Both the position numbers and the translations under genes were made by a program. A model generated the notes under the pieces. It was not told the origin of the DNA, searched no databases, and saw only the letters and a program-made list of their open reading frames with translations. Of a stretch of DNA of 64,000 bases, positions 20,879 to 32,203 are shown one piece after another (the first letter of the stretch is position 1; every line of letters starts with the position of its first letter). Source of the stretch: Mycobacteriales bacterium (lineage in GTDB: Bacteria; Actinomycetota; Actinomycetes; Frankiales; Frankiaceae); NCBI GenBank assembly GCA_038245655.1, contig JBBRSE010000018.1:743-64742 (forward strand). Direction: 5' to 3'.

Positions 20879-22141
20879 CTACTTAAGGAAATCAGGGATG
20901 TCGAGGTCATCGAACACGACCGGGCGGCGCGGCTCGGAGCGGGGCTGCTCCGTCGCGGGGCGCGCCATCGGCCGCGTGGCGGTCGGAGACGGGCTCGGCG
21001 GCGCGGCGGTCGGGCGGGGCGGCAGCGGCCGGGTCGGCGGCCGCTGGTCGGCGGCGCGGCTCGGCGCTGGGCTCGCGGTGACGGCCGCCGCGGCGGTACG
21101 GGACGGCTCCTCACGCAGATCGACAACGCGCGGATCGCCGTTAGGCGCCGCCGTCGTGGCGCGCCGGCCCACCGCGCCGGCGCGCCGACCGACCGGAGGC
21201 GAGTCGAACCCGGCCGCGATGACGGTGACGCGGACCTCGTCACCCAGCGCGTCGTCGATGACGGCACCGAAGATGATGTTGGCCTCAGGGTGGGCGGCCT
21301 CGGCAACCAGCTCGGCCGCGGCGTTGATCTCGAACAGGCCAAGGTCTGATCCGCCAGAGATGTTGAGCAGGACGCCCAGCGCACCGTCCATGCTCGCCTC
21401 GAGCAACGGGCTGGAAATGGCCTGCTGCGCCGCGACCTCAGCGCGGTCATCACCGCGGGCGCGGCCGATACCCATGAGGGCGCTGCCCGCGTTGGACATG
21501 ACGGCTTTGACGTCAGCGAAGTCGAGGTTGATCAGACCCGGGGTGGTGATGAGGTCGGTGATGCCCTGAACACCCTGCAGTAGGACCTGGTCCGCGCTTT
21601 TGAAGGCGTCCATGACGCTCACGTGGTGCTCGGCGGTCGACAGGAGTCGATCGTTCGGGATCACGATGAGGGTGTCGACTTCGGCGCGCAAAGCCTCGAT
21701 CCCGACATCGGACTGGCCGGCCCGCCGGCGGCCTTCGAACGTGAACGGCCGGGTCACGACGCCGATGGTCAGGGCACCGATGGCGCGCGCGACATTGGCG
21801 ACGACGGGCGCCCCACCCGTACCCGTGCCGCCGCCTTCACCAGCCGTCACGAAGACCATGTCGGCGCCCTTCAGCACCTCTTCGATCTCTTCGCGATGGT
21901 CTTCCGCGGCCTGGCGGCCGACGTCAGGGTTGGCTCCCGCGCCCAGCCCGCGGGTCAGCTCGCGGCCGACGTCGAGCTTCACGTCAGCGTCACTCATCAG
22001 GAGGGCCTGCGCGTCGGTGTTGATCGCGATGAACTCGACACCCTTGAGCCCGACATCGATCATCCGGTTGACGGCGTTGACCCCACCGCCGCCGATGCCG
22101 ACGACCTTGATGACAGCGAGGTAGTTCTGCGGGGCGGGCAT
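20879..22141 (-). CDS. ftsZ: Cell division GTPase FtsZ
   Basis: Tubulin signature [11 protein letters not shown]-terminus [15 protein letters not shown] and C-terminal peptide [13 protein letters not shown] at 22141 lies 7 nt after GGAGGA. Confidence 0.98.
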   Translation of the reverse strand: MPAPQNYLAVIKVVGIGGGGVNAVNRMIDVGLKGVEFIAINTDAQALLMSDADVKLDVGRELTRGLGAGANPDVGRQAAEDHREEIEEVLKGADMVFVTAGEGGGTGTGGAPVVANVARAIGALTIGVVTRPFTFEGRRRAGQSDVGIEALRAEVDTLIVIPNDRLLSTAEHHVSVMDAFKSADQVLLQGVQGITDLITTPGLINLDFADVKAVMSNAGSALMGIGRARGDDRAEVAAQQAISSPLLEASMDGALGVLLNISGGSDLGLFEINAAAELVAEAAHPEANIIFGAVIDDALGDEVRVTVIAAGFDSPPVGRRAGAVGRRATTAAPNGDPRVVDLREEPSRTAAAAVTASPAPSRAADQRPPTRPLPPRPTAAPPSPSPTATRPMARPATEQPRSEPRRPVVFDDLDIPDFLK

Positions 22142-22515
22142 AAGGCGGTCCTCCATGGCGGAACGAACAAGCGGGCCTCGAGCAGCGACCGCAACCCTGA
22201 ACCCTCACCGTAAACTTGACGGTTACCGCGTGGTAAGGCTGCGTACTGGGCGCAGACTAGCCCAGCCACGGACTCGGCTGACCAGCCTTTCGGCGTGTCG
22301 CTCAAGAACCTCACTTGGATTAACGGTAGGGCGCCTTCGCGAAACCCCCAGGCCATCAAATATCGCCCACGCCAAGCGCAATCGGGCTTCGGCAGCGCCA
22401 TGATCGAGGTCCCCGGCGGGCTCGCCGAGCACCTCGAAGTCCGGAAAAGCGCCATCGCAGACGGCGGGACGAGCCTTCACGGGAGCTTCAGCCGGCACAA
22501 CCCTCGATGTCAGGT

Positions 22516-23985
22516 TTAGGTCGCTTGCTCGACGGCCTGCTCTGCGAGCATCCGCAGCACTTCGGGACCGACCTGCGTGACGTCACCGGCGCCCATCGTG
22601 AGCAGCAGGTCGCCCGGCTTCACCAGGGCCGCCAGCAAGGCCGGCACCCGAGCCCAACTCGGCTCGTAGACCACGCGGCCGGGCGGTGGTGGGACCGCGT
22701 CGGCCACCGAGCGTCCGCTGATCCCGGGCAGCGGATCTTCTCCGGCGGAGTAGACATCCATGACGACGATGACGTCGGCGAGCCCCAACGCTGCGCCGAA
22801 TTCCTTCGCGAACGCCGCCGTCCTGGAATAGCGATGCGGCTGGAACACCACAAGCAACCGCCCGCTACCGGCCATGGGGCGGGCCGCGGTCAACGTCGCC
22901 GAGACCTCGGTCGGGTGGTGGCCGTAATCGTCGATCACGGTGACCCCTGCCGCTCGCCCCTTCAGCTCGAAGCGGCGCCGCACGCCCGGGTAGGCCGCGA
23001 TCCCATGACGCAGCGCCGCTCCCGTGACGCCGAGCTCGAGACCGGCGGCCAGGACCGCCGCCGAGTTGCGGGCGTTGTGGGCGCCGGGCACCTGCAGGGT
23101 GACCTCGCCCAGGCGTCGCCCGCGCGCCACGGCCTCGTACGTCACGCCGCCAGCCGCGAGGCCCCTACGCAGGCGATCGATCCGGACGTCGGCGCGGTCA
23201 TGCGTTCCGTAGGAGACCGTACGCAGCCCGCGAGACGCTGCGAGCGGGAGCAATCGGGCCGAGCCGGGATCATCGAGACACGCCACCAGGAAACCCGCCG
23301 GATCGATGCGCTCGATGAACTGCTCGAATGCTGAGTCGACCGCCGCCGCATCCGCGTAGTGGTCGAGGTGGTCGGGCTCGACGTTAGTCACGATCGCGCC
23401 GAACGGGGCCAGCATCAGGAACGAACCGTCGCTCTCATCGGCCTCGGCCACGAATACGTCGCCGCTGCCGGCGTGGGCATTGCTACCGGGCTCGGACAGG
23501 TCACCACCGATAGCGAACGACGGGTGCAGGCCGGCGTCCTGCAGGGCCACCGTGAGCATCGAGGTCGTGGTGGTCTTGCCGTGGGTACCGGCGACGGCCA
23601 CCCCCTGGCGGCCCGACATCAGCAATGCCAGCGCCGCCGCTCGAGGCAGGACGGTCAGACCGCGCCGGTGCGCCTCGACCAGTTCGGGGTTCGTGGACCT
23701 GATGGCGGTGGAGGTCACGACGGTGACCTCGCTGGCCGACGCTGCAGCGGCTGCCAGCGGCGCGCAGACGGTCGCCACGTGCTCCGCGTCATGACCTACG
23801 AAGAGCGTCGCTCCCAGCTGCCGTAAGGCCGCCAGCACCCGGCTGTCCCGCGCGTCGCTCCCGCTGACCACGCCGCCGCGCGAAAGCAGCAACCGGGCGA
23901 TCCCGCTCATCCCGGCGCCCCCGACTCCGATCAGGTGGACGCGCAGGAGCTCGAGTGGCAGGTCCGGTAGGGGCACGCCTGCCAT
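22516..23985 (-). CDS. murC: UDP-N-acetylmuramate--L-alanine ligase
   Basis: Motifs GVGGAGMSGIA and AGTHGKTTTTSML. ATG at 23985. The Arg-rich 115-aa extension in the ORF track overlaps murG and is rejected. Confidence 0.95.
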   Translation of the reverse strand: MAGVPLPDLPLELLRVHLIGVGGAGMSGIARLLLSRGGVVSGSDARDSRVLAALRQLGATLFVGHDAEHVATVCAPLAAAAASASEVTVVTSTAIRSTNPELVEAHRRGLTVLPRAAALALLMSGRQGVAVAGTHGKTTTTSMLTVALQDAGLHPSFAIGGDLSEPGSNAHAGSGDVFVAEADESDGSFLMLAPFGAIVTNVEPDHLDHYADAAAVDSAFEQFIERIDPAGFLVACLDDPGSARLLPLAASRGLRTVSYGTHDRADVRIDRLRRGLAAGGVTYEAVARGRRLGEVTLQVPGAHNARNSAAVLAAGLELGVTGAALRHGIAAYPGVRRRFELKGRAAGVTVIDDYGHHPTEVSATLTAARPMAGSGRLLVVFQPHRYSRTAAFAKEFGAALGLADVIVVMDVYSAGEDPLPGISGRSVADAVPPPPGRVVYEPSWARVPALLAALVKPGDLLLTMGAGDVTQVGPEVLRMLAEQAVEQAT

Positions 23986-23999
23986 TGTCCGTCCAGAAA

Positions 24000-25175
24000 T
24001 CACGTCGCCGGCTCTCGGCGCCGCCCGGAATGGGCCGCGTAAGCCGCAGCCACCAAGCCCACCAACGCTGCAGCTGCATCGCGATGCCCGCTGCGCGACG
24101 CGGCGACGGTCATCGTCTCGATCCGACCGGGTTCGGCGAAGAGCAGGGCTACCTGAGAGCGGACCCAGCCCGGATCGAGCTCCGCATCGTCCACGATCAG
24201 GGCGCCGCCGGCGGCGGCCGCGGGCTCGGCGTTGCGGCGCTGCTCCCCGTTGCCGATCGGCAGCGGGACGAAAACCGCGGGCAGACCGACGGCTGCCAGC
24301 TCGGCACAAGTCAGCGCGCCGGAACGGCACAGGGCCAGGTCGGCCGCCGCGTAGGCGCAGGCCATGTCGTCGATGTACGCCCGCACCACGTACGGTCCCG
24401 AGTCGCCGTCGAGCCCGGCGGGGAGCGCAGCGCGTACCGCATCGGCGCCGGCGGCACCGGCCGCGTGCAAGACCTGGATGCCGGCCCCGGTGAGGGTCTG
24501 GGCTGCGCCCACGACCGCCTCGTTGATACGCCGGGCGCCCTGCGATCCCCCGAAGACCAGCAGCGTCGCAAGCTCCGGATCGAGGCCGAACGCTCGCGCA
24601 GCTTGCGGCCTCGCTCCCCTGCGGTCGAGGTCGAGCAACGCCGGCCGCAGCGGGATTCCGGTGAGTACGCCATGGGCGAGGCGCGTCTGCGGCGTGCTCA
24701 CGGCCACCTGTTTCGTCAGCCGTGCTCCGACCCGATTGGCCAGCCCGGGCAGCGGGTTGGCCTCATGCACGACGATCCCGCAGCCGCGCAGCCGGGCCGC
24801 CAGGTATGCCGGGAACGCCACGTAGCCGCCGAATCCGACCACGACGTCAGCCTGTACCTCGTCGAGGATCCGGCGCACCGCCCGCACGGCGCCGCCGGCC
24901 CGGGACGGCACCCGTAGCAGCTCCGGGGTCAGCCGCCGCGGCAACGGGACCCGCGGGATGAAGCGCAGATCGAAGCCGCGGGCCGGTACCAATCGCGCTT
25001 CGAGGCCCGTTTCAGTGCCGATCATGGTGATGCGCATGGAGGGTGCGGCCGCGCGCAAGGCGTCAGCGACCGCGAGAGCAGGCTCCACGTGACCGGCCGT
25101 CCCGCCGCCGGCCAGCACGACGCTTGGCGGTAGGTCCGCGAGCTGGGCGGACCCGAGAGGCCCAGCAGCGGGCAC
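24000..25175 (-). CDS. murG: UDP-GlcNAc:lipid I GlcNAc transferase
   Basis: G-loop [18 protein letters not shown] at 25175 lies 1 nt after the ftsW stop. Confidence 0.95.
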   Translation of the reverse strand: MPAAGPLGSAQLADLPPSVVLAGGGTAGHVEPALAVADALRAAAPSMRITMIGTETGLEARLVPARGFDLRFIPRVPLPRRLTPELLRVPSRAGGAVRAVRRILDEVQADVVVGFGGYVAFPAYLAARLRGCGIVVHEANPLPGLANRVGARLTKQVAVSTPQTRLAHGVLTGIPLRPALLDLDRRGARPQAARAFGLDPELATLLVFGGSQGARRINEAVVGAAQTLTGAGIQVLHAAGAAGADAVRAALPAGLDGDSGPYVVRAYIDDMACAYAAADLALCRSGALTCAELAAVGLPAVFVPLPIGNGEQRRNAEPAAAAGGALIVDDAELDPGWVRSQVALLFAEPGRIETMTVAASRSGHRDAAAALVGLVAAAYAAHSGRRREPAT

Positions 25176-25176
25176 G

Positions 25177-26739
25177 TCAGCGGCTCGGGAAGCGGCGTGC
25201 CGAGCGGTTGCGCCCACCGCGGGAAAGCCTCGCCAGGCCCAGGCGGCCGCCGCGGCCGACTCTCGCCCCCGAGCTTCTTTGCCGCCGCCGCGTTTGGCGC
25301 TGTGCAGCCCCGGCGCGACCACCGGCCCCGGCCTTGCCGGCCTGGCGACTGCGCCGTCGCGGCGCTTCAACCTTTCCCCGCAGCCGCTTGGAAACCGCCT
25401 TGCCCCGCGCACCCTTGCCCTTGGTGCGGCGCCGACCTAGCAGCAGGAAACGACGCCGGCCACCGGCGCGCATGGCCGACCGGTGAGCTGAGCGGCTGGC
25501 GGCCCGGGCGGCGAGAACCTGCGCGGCCGCCGGCTCGGTCTTGGCCAGCGACAGCAAGATCCCGATCGCGAACATGGTCAGCAGCAGGGATGAACCCCCG
25601 AACGAGATGAGCGGCAACGGAATGCCGGTGATCGGCAGCAGGCCAACCACCGCACCCATGTTGATGAGTGCCTGCCCCACGAGCCAGGCGGTGATAGCCG
25701 CAGCGACCAGCCGGGCGAACGGGTCAGCGGAACGCTGCGCAACCCGGATGCCGCCGTACGCCAGTACCCCGAAGAGCACGACGACGAGCAACGTGCCGAC
25801 CAGCCCCAACTCCTCGCCGATGATCGCGAGGATGAAGTCGGTGTGGGCGTTGGGCAGGTAGGACCACTTCTCGCGACTCGCCCCGAGCCCGACACCCCAC
25901 CAGCCGCCCGACGCGAGCGCGTAAAGCCCCTGTACCGCCTGCCATCCGGTGTCCTGCGAGTCCTTGAACGGGTCAGCGAAAGAGGCGAGGCGCGCCAACC
26001 GGTAGGGCTCCATCACCGCCAGGTAACTGACGAGCACGCCGATCAGTGCGAGCAGCCCGGCGAACAGCCGCGCCGGCGACCCGACCACCCACAGCAGGGT
26101 CATCAGGATCGCAACGAGCACCAGCGTCGTTCCGAGGTCAGGCTCGAGCATGATGAGCCCGGCGATCACGCTGGCGACCGGCAGCAGCGGGATCAGCAGA
26201 TGGCGCCATTCACGAAGCCGTCGCCGCTTGCGTACGAGCAAGTCAGCGCCCCAGAGCGCGAGTCCCAGCTTGGCAATCTCGCTGGGTTGCAAGGTCAGCG
26301 AGCCGAACCCGATCCAGCGGGTGGCGCCATACGCCGACACCCCGATCCCGGGCACGAGCACCAGCAGCAGACCACCGACGCCGATCAGCAGCAGCGGGTA
26401 CGAGAGCAGGCGGAAGGCGCGGGTGGACATCCGGCTGGCGATGAGCAACGCCGGGAGGCCGATCCCGACCCACATGAGCTGCTTGACGAAAATCGAGAAC
26501 GATGAGCCCGACCGCGCGTAGGAGGTGACGCTGGACGCCGAAAGGACCATGACCAACCCGAGGCCCAGCAGCAGCGCGCTCGCCGAGGCGATCAGGTAGT
26601 ACGAGGTCATCGGCCGGGCGAGCACGGGGACGCGCTGCGAATCGGACGCGGCCACCCGCGTATCCACGCCGCGAACGGTCCTGGCCGGCGAGCGGGGCGC
26701 GCGGACGCGTGACGAGCCTGGGGTGTCCAGTGCCGTCAC
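25177..26739 (-). CDS. ftsW: FtsW (SEDS-family peptidoglycan polymerase) with a long Arg-rich C-terminal tail
   Basis: About 10 TM helices with SEDS motifs. GTGA overlap with the murD stop. The last ~120 aa are strongly Arg/Gly/Ala-rich. Confidence 0.93.
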   Translation of the reverse strand: MTALDTPGSSRVRAPRSPARTVRGVDTRVAASDSQRVPVLARPMTSYYLIASASALLLGLGLVMVLSASSVTSYARSGSSFSIFVKQLMWVGIGLPALLIASRMSTRAFRLLSYPLLLIGVGGLLLVLVPGIGVSAYGATRWIGFGSLTLQPSEIAKLGLALWGADLLVRKRRRLREWRHLLIPLLPVASVIAGLIMLEPDLGTTLVLVAILMTLLWVVGSPARLFAGLLALIGVLVSYLAVMEPYRLARLASFADPFKDSQDTGWQAVQGLYALASGGWWGVGLGASREKWSYLPNAHTDFILAIIGEELGLVGTLLVVVLFGVLAYGGIRVAQRSADPFARLVAAAITAWLVGQALINMGAVVGLLPITGIPLPLISFGGSSLLLTMFAIGILLSLAKTEPAAAQVLAARAASRSAHRSAMRAGGRRRFLLLGRRRTKGKGARGKAVSKRLRGKVEAPRRRSRQAGKAGAGGRAGAAQRQTRRRQRSSGARVGRGGRLGLARLSRGGRNRSARRFPSR

Positions 26740-28097
26740 AAGCCCTCCGAAAGCCTCCGAGCGGCTGCGGCGAAAGCATCGCCGCGCGCCGCATAGTCGC
26801 GAAACATGTCCATCGAGGCTGCCGCCGGTGCCAGCAGGACCGTGTCGCCCGGGCGTGCGAGCCGGGCGGCTGCCACTACGGCATCGTCCATGGAGCTGGC
26901 CCGGGATGTGGGGATCTTTGGGGCGTGTCGGGCAAGTGCGTCGGCGATCTCATCGGCGCAACGGCCGATCAGGACGGTCGCGCGAACGTGGCCGGCGGCG
27001 GCCGTGACGAGGTCGTCGAAGTCCAGCCCCTTGTTCAGACCTCCCGCGATCCACACCACCGACGGGTAGGCGCCGAGACTGGCGGCCGCGGCATGCGGGT
27101 TGGTGGCCTTGGAGTCGTTTACGTACGCGACCCCGCTGACCGTCGTGACCAGCTCGTTGCGGTGCGGCCCGAGACGAAAGTCGCGAAGCGCTGCGCCGAT
27201 GACGTCCGGTGCGATCCCGTACGCACGTGCCATGGCCGCCGCGGCCAGCGCGTTGGCCACGTTGTGAGCCCCGGGCGCCGCGAGATCAGCGACCGCGACC
27301 AGGTGCCCGGCGCCGAAGGCGTGGTCGACAAGACACCCGTTCTCGACGGTGACTCCGGCTCCGTGCAGCCCGAAGGTGACCAGCGGCAGCCCCCCGCGCA
27401 GGGCCACCACCAGGGGATCGTCAGCATTTCCGATGGCCATGGTCACGGCCGGTTCGCTCCCCCACACCCGGGCCTTGTCGCTGACGTACGCCTGCATCGA
27501 GCCGTGCCAGTCAAGGTGGTCTTCGGCCAGGTTCAGGATCGCACCGACCCGCGGGGCGAGCGACTCGGTGTAGTGCAACTGGAAGCTGGACAGCTCCACG
27601 GCAAGGGCTTGCGGCACCGGGGTCCCGGAGGTGACCTCCACCAGCGGTGCGCCGATGTTTCCCGCCGTAGCGGATGACACCCCGGCCGTCGCCAGGATCG
27701 CGCCGAGCATCTGCGTCGTCGTGGTCTTGCCGTTGGTGCCGGTGACCGCGAGCCAGTCCTGCCCCGCCGGGCGCAGCCGCCACGCCAGCTCGACCTCGCC
27801 CCAGACCGGGATGCCCGCCGCGCGGGCCGAGGTCAGCAGCGGGGTCGTCGGGGGCAGCCCAGGTGAGGTGACGACGAGCTCGGTGCCCTCCGGCGGCCGC
27901 GACGGGATGCCGCCGAGGGTGACTTCCACCCCGTCCACGGCCAGCCGTATCGCCGCCGCCTGCTGGGCAGCGGCCCCCGCGTCGTCGTACACGTGAACGC
28001 GTGCGCCCTGGCCGGCGAGCACCCTGGCCGCCGCCTCACCTGAGAGGCCGAGGCCGGTGACGACGACCTGCCTGCCGGTCAGCGCGGGGGCGGTCAG
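26736..28097 (-). CDS. murD: UDP-N-acetylmuramoyl-L-alanine--D-glutamate ligase (probable CTG start)
   Basis: Motifs [17 protein letters not shown] and [14 protein letters not shown]. No ATG/GTG/TTG lies near the expected N-terminus. The CTG at 28097-28095 forms a CTGA overlap with the mraY stop. Confidence 0.88.
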   Translation of the reverse strand: MTAPALTGRQVVVTGLGLSGEAAARVLAGQGARVHVYDDAGAAAQQAAAIRLAVDGVEVTLGGIPSRPPEGTELVVTSPGLPPTTPLLTSARAAGIPVWGEVELAWRLRPAGQDWLAVTGTNGKTTTTQMLGAILATAGVSSATAGNIGAPLVEVTSGTPVPQALAVELSSFQLHYTESLAPRVGAILNLAEDHLDWHGSMQAYVSDKARVWGSEPAVTMAIGNADDPLVVALRGGLPLVTFGLHGAGVTVENGCLVDHAFGAGHLVAVADLAAPGAHNVANALAAAAMARAYGIAPDVIGAALRDFRLGPHRNELVTTVSGVAYVNDSKATNPHAAAASLGAYPSVVWIAGGLNKGLDFDDLVTAAAGHVRATVLIGRCADEIADALARHAPKIPTSRASSMDDAVVAAARLARPGDTVLLAPAAASMDMFRDYAARGDAFAAAARRLSEGL

Positions 28098-29164
28098 CGC
28101 AGCGACCCGTGGGAAAGGAATTCGGCGTAGAAGAGCCCGAGACCGAGCGCGACGGTCAGCCCACTGATGATCCAGAACCGGATGATCACTGTCGTCTCCG
28201 GCCAGCCGGCCAGCTCGAAGTGATGGTGGATCGGCGCCATGTTGAACACCCGCTTGCCGGTCAGCTTGAACGACGCCACCTGCAAGATGACGGAGACCGT
28301 CTCCATGACGAAGAGGCCGCCGATGATGACGAGCAGCAGCTCGGTGCGAGTGACGATCGCCATCGCCGCGAAGGCGCCTCCGATCGCCAGCGAACCCGTG
28401 TCGCCCATGAAGATCTTCGCCGGACTCGCGTTCCACCACAGGAATCCGAAGCAGGCTCCCATCGCAGCGGCCGCCACGATGGCGATGTCGAGCGGATCCC
28501 GCGCGACGTAGCAGGAGGCGACCGCGCCCCCGTCGGCGCAGGAGTTGCCGAACTGCCAGAACGAGATGATCACGTACGCCCCGAAGACCATCGCGCTCGT
28601 GCCCGCGGCGAGCCCGTCGAGGCCGTCGGTGAGGTTCACGGCGTTGGAGGTGGCCGAGATCATCAGCCAGGCCAGCACCGGGAACCCGATGGTGCCGACC
28701 GAGAAGTCGATGTCGCGTACCCAGGAGAGCTCGGTCGAGCCCGGCAGGTAACCGTCACCGTTGCGGAACCGCACGGCCAGTAAGCCGAACGCGAGCGCTA
28801 CCGCCAGCTGTCCGATAAATTTCGTACGCGCCGAGAGCCCCAGGTTGCGCTGCTTACGGATCTTGATGAAGTCGTCGGCGAACCCGACGATGCCGAGGCC
28901 GGTCATGACCATCAGCACCAGCATCGCGCTCGCGGTCACGCCGTCCATGTCGACGAGATGCGCGACAAAATAGCCCGCGAGTGTCGCCAAGATGATCACG
29001 GCGCCACCCATGGTCGGGGTGCCGCGCTTGGTCAGGTGGCTCTGCGGGCCGTCCTCGCGGATCTCCTGGCCGTAGCCGCGCTTGCGAAAGAGCCTGATCG
29101 CCTGCGGGGTGCCGACGAGCGAGATGATCAGCGCCACCGTCGCCGCCACCAGGACGCTCTTCAT
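28094..29164 (-). CDS. mraY: Phospho-N-acetylmuramoyl-pentapeptide transferase
   Basis: 356-aa polytopic protein with [13 protein letters not shown] and MGDTGSLA motifs. ATGA overlap with the murF stop. Confidence 0.97.
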   Translation of the reverse strand: MKSVLVAATVALIISLVGTPQAIRLFRKRGYGQEIREDGPQSHLTKRGTPTMGGAVIILATLAGYFVAHLVDMDGVTASAMLVLMVMTGLGIVGFADDFIKIRKQRNLGLSARTKFIGQLAVALAFGLLAVRFRNGDGYLPGSTELSWVRDIDFSVGTIGFPVLAWLMISATSNAVNLTDGLDGLAAGTSAMVFGAYVIISFWQFGNSCADGGAVASCYVARDPLDIAIVAAAAMGACFGFLWWNASPAKIFMGDTGSLAIGGAFAAMAIVTRTELLLVIIGGLFVMETVSVILQVASFKLTGKRVFNMAPIHHHFELAGWPETTVIIRFWIISGLTVALGLGLFYAEFLSHGSLR

Positions 29165-30570
29165 GCGCCCGTTCCCGTACCGGTCAGCGCTTCAGCGACG
29201 CGCTCCAGCCCGGCCGCGCGGCTGGCCTTCACCAGGATGACATCGTCGTCGCGCAACTCCTGGCGAAGAAACGTGAGCGCCGCCGCCACGTCGTCTACCA
29301 AGATCGACTTGGCACCCGCGGAACCTTCCAGGTCGGCGCCGGTGTGGATCGCCGCAGCGTCGGTTCCGACCACCACCAGCTTGCTGATGCCCAAACGCCT
29401 AGCGAGCCGGCCGATGGCGTCGTGCTCGTCGACGCTCGTGGGCCCTAGCTCGTACATGGGACCCAGCACCGCGATCGTGCGCCGCATCGGGCGGTTCGCG
29501 GCCGGCCGGCCCAGAACGGCGAGCGTCTTCAGGGCCGCCCGCATCGACTCGGGATTCGCGTTGTACGCGTCGTTGACGACGGTCAGCCCGCCCGGGATGG
29601 TCGTCACCTCCATCCGCCAACGCGAGCGGGCCGTCGCCGTACTCAATCCGGCGGCCACCTCGGCGACCGTGCGCCCGCACTCCAAGGCCACCGCGGCGGC
29701 CGCCAGTGCGTTGGCGACGTGGTGCGCGCCGACGAATTGCAGCGCAACCGGCGCGCTCGCGGCGGAGGTGACGAGGGTGAAGCACGCCCGCCCCTCACTG
29801 TCGAGGTCGAGGCTCTCGGCGCGCACGTCCGCGCCGGCGCTCTCACCGAAGGTCACCACCCGCCGCCTGGCGTGCTGGGCCCGCACTGCCATCGCCGTCA
29901 CCAGCAAATCATCGGCATTCAGGACGGCAACGTCGCGAGCGGCCTCAGCCAGTTCGCCCTTGCTGTCCGCGATGGCCTGCCGGCTCCCGAACTCGCCCAG
30001 ATGAGCAGTTCCGACATTGAGCACGACCCCGATCGAGGGCGGGGCGATCGCGCAGAGGCGGGCGATGTGACCGCGACCCCGGGCGCCCATCTCCAGCACG
30101 AGAAAGCGGGTGGCGGCATCAGCCCGCAGGACCGTGAGGGGGACGCCGAGGTCATTGTTGTACGAGCCGGGCGGCGCAATCGTCGGGCCGGCGGGCTCCA
30201 GCAGCGAGGCGATGAGATCCTTCGTGCTCGTCTTGCCGGAGGATCCGGTGAGCGCGATCACGCGAACCTGCGGCAGCAGGCGCAGCGCGTGCGCGGCCAG
30301 GGTCGCCATGGCGGCCGCCACATCCGGCACCAGGATGGCAGGGCCGTCGACCGGCCGGCTCGCCAAGGTCGCCGCCGCACCCGCGGCCAGTGCGGAGGCG
30401 CTGTGGTCGTGGCCGTCGGTGCGGTCCCCGGGAAGGGCGGCAAAGAGCAGGCCGGGGCCCGCGGACCGGGAGTCGATGACGAGGCCGGTGACCTGCTGGT
30501 GCGGGTCGGCAGGGGTCGACAGCTCACCACCAACAGCCGCCGCGACCTGCTTCAGACTGAGAGCGATCAT
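29161..30570 (-). CDS. murF: UDP-MurNAc-tripeptide--D-Ala-D-Ala ligase
   Basis: Motif [14 protein letters not shown] and Mur ligase domains. ATGA overlap with the murE stop. Confidence 0.95.
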   Translation of the reverse strand: MIALSLKQVAAAVGGELSTPADPHQQVTGLVIDSRSAGPGLLFAALPGDRTDGHDHSASALAAGAAATLASRPVDGPAILVPDVAAAMATLAAHALRLLPQVRVIALTGSSGKTSTKDLIASLLEPAGPTIAPPGSYNNDLGVPLTVLRADAATRFLVLEMGARGRGHIARLCAIAPPSIGVVLNVGTAHLGEFGSRQAIADSKGELAEAARDVAVLNADDLLVTAMAVRAQHARRRVVTFGESAGADVRAESLDLDSEGRACFTLVTSAASAPVALQFVGAHHVANALAAAAVALECGRTVAEVAAGLSTATARSRWRMEVTTIPGGLTVVNDAYNANPESMRAALKTLAVLGRPAANRPMRRTIAVLGPMYELGPTSVDEHDAIGRLARRLGISKLVVVGTDAAAIHTGADLEGSAGAKSILVDDVAAALTFLRQELRDDDVILVKASRAAGLERVAEALTGTGTGA

Positions 30571-32153
30571 CCGGCCGCCGACAGGCCGGACAGCTTCGTC
30601 AACGCCGTCCTCAGCACCTCGCGGTCGTCGAACGGGTGCACCACGCCGCCGATGTCCTGGCCACTCTCGTGTCCCTTGCCGGCGACCAGAACGGCGTCGC
30701 CAGGCGCCGCCCGGGCAACGGCAAGCGCGATGGCAGCCGCCCGATCCGGCTCGACGACGACCTCGGTGGCCCGCCCGGAACCGGCTGCAGCGGCCTGCCG
30801 AACCCCGGCCTGCATTTCAGCCAGAATCTGCAGCGGGTCCTCCGACCGGGGATTGTCACTGGTCAGGATGACGCGCTCGGCGCCTTGGATGGCTGCCGCG
30901 CCCATCAGCGGACGCTTGCCGCGGTCGCGGTCACCCCCGCAGCCGAGCACGACGACGATCTCGCCGTCGATGATCTCGCGCACCGTCTCCAGCAGGCTGG
31001 TCACGGCGGCCGGCGTGTGGGCGTAGTCGACGAGTGCCAGGAACGGCTGGCCGACTTCGATGCGCTCCATCCGGCCGGGTACGCCCTCGAGGGCGCCAAC
31101 GCCATCGATAGCGACGTCGAGCGGCGTACCCGTCTCGGCAAGCAAGGCGATGGCGCAGAGCGCGTTGCTGACATTGAAGGCCCCCGGAAGCTGGACACGC
31201 GCCGCGTGGGTGGTGTGCGCCGAGTGGCCGGCCGGCGCTTTCACCATGAAGTGCGAGCCGCGTGGTCCGCAGCGCACGTCCAACGCCTGCCAATCGGCGT
31301 CGGAGCCGAAGCCGTACGTCACGGCATCCGTCCGGCGACCGGCCAGCACGCGCCCGTGCGCGTCGTCCGCCGACACGACCGCGCGGCCCTGACCAGGGGT
31401 GAGGAAGCTGCCGGCCGGGTCAAAGAGCAGCGCCTTGGCCTCGAAGTACTCCTCGATCGAGGCGTGAAAATCAAGGTGGTCCTGGCTCAGGTTGGTAAAT
31501 GCCGCGCCGGCGAAACGGCAGCCATCGACCCGATGCAGGGCCAGCGCGTGGCTGGAGACCTCCATGACGGCAGCATCGACACCGCGCTCGCGCATCGTTG
31601 CAAACAGGGCCTGCAACTCGGGGGCCTCCGGGGTCGTGCGCACGCTGGGTACGACGCTATCGGCGATGCGTGTCTCCACCGTGCCTATCAGACCGGTGCG
31701 ATGTCCCGCCGCTCGAAGGCCGGCATCCAGCAGATACGTCACCGTGGTTTTGCCGTTGGTGCCCGTGACGCCGAGGAGCGTGACTGCTCGGGTGGGCTCG
31801 CCGTAGATCGCCGCGGCGATCGTGCCCAGCACCAGGCGGGGGTCCGGGGCGGTGAGCACCGCCAGCCCCGCGACCGGCTCCCCCGCCATGAGGGCCGCAC
31901 CCGCTGGATCGGTCAGGACGGCGACCGCTCCAGCCGCGGCTGCCTGCGAGGCAAAACGCGCACCGTGAACCTGCGCCCCCGGCAGAGCCGCGTACAGATC
32001 GCCCGGCTGGACCTGACGCGAATCGAGCGTCACCCCACGCACAACCGGGTCCGCGCCCGCGGGCAGCTTCGACCCGGCGGCCGGTAGGAGCTCACGCAGC
32101 CGCTGGAACGAGACCTCGGGCGCTGCAGCGGGGCGTAGCGACGTCGATGTCAC
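30567..32153 (-). CDS. murE: UDP-MurNAc-L-Ala-D-Glu--2,6-diaminopimelate ligase
   Basis: Motif [14 protein letters not shown] and a DNPR motif (TSDNPRSEDP). Confidence 0.95.
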   Translation of the reverse strand: MTSTSLRPAAAPEVSFQRLRELLPAAGSKLPAGADPVVRGVTLDSRQVQPGDLYAALPGAQVHGARFASQAAAAGAVAVLTDPAGAALMAGEPVAGLAVLTAPDPRLVLGTIAAAIYGEPTRAVTLLGVTGTNGKTTVTYLLDAGLRAAGHRTGLIGTVETRIADSVVPSVRTTPEAPELQALFATMRERGVDAAVMEVSSHALALHRVDGCRFAGAAFTNLSQDHLDFHASIEEYFEAKALLFDPAGSFLTPGQGRAVVSADDAHGRVLAGRRTDAVTYGFGSDADWQALDVRCGPRGSHFMVKAPAGHSAHTTHAARVQLPGAFNVSNALCAIALLAETGTPLDVAIDGVGALEGVPGRMERIEVGQPFLALVDYAHTPAAVTSLLETVREIIDGEIVVVLGCGGDRDRGKRPLMGAAAIQGAERVILTSDNPRSEDPLQILAEMQAGVRQAAAAGSGRATEVVVEPDRAAAIALAVARAAPGDAVLVAGKGHESGQDIGGVVHPFDDREVLRTALTKLSGLSAAG

Positions 32154-32203
32154 GGGCCCGAGAATAGGTGCCCGGCGGGGGCCCGCCGATTACGCACGCT
32201 GGC

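Noticed and set aside
22060-22455. 131-aa minus-strand ORF overlapping the ftsZ start
   Set aside because: It overlaps the first 27 codons of ftsZ out of frame, and has low-complexity, poor codon bias.
23986-24330. 115-aa Arg-rich N-terminal extension of MurC
   Set aside because: It overlaps the murG 3' end and has no MurC homology. ATG 23985 immediately precedes the conserved N-terminus.
25176-25412. N-terminal extension of MurG
   Set aside because: It overlaps ftsW. GTG 25175 lies right after the ftsW stop and precedes the G-loop by a normal distance.
28098-28439. N-terminal extension of MurD from the ORF-track start
   Set aside because: It would overlap mraY by 345 nt with Arg/His-rich nonsense sequence.
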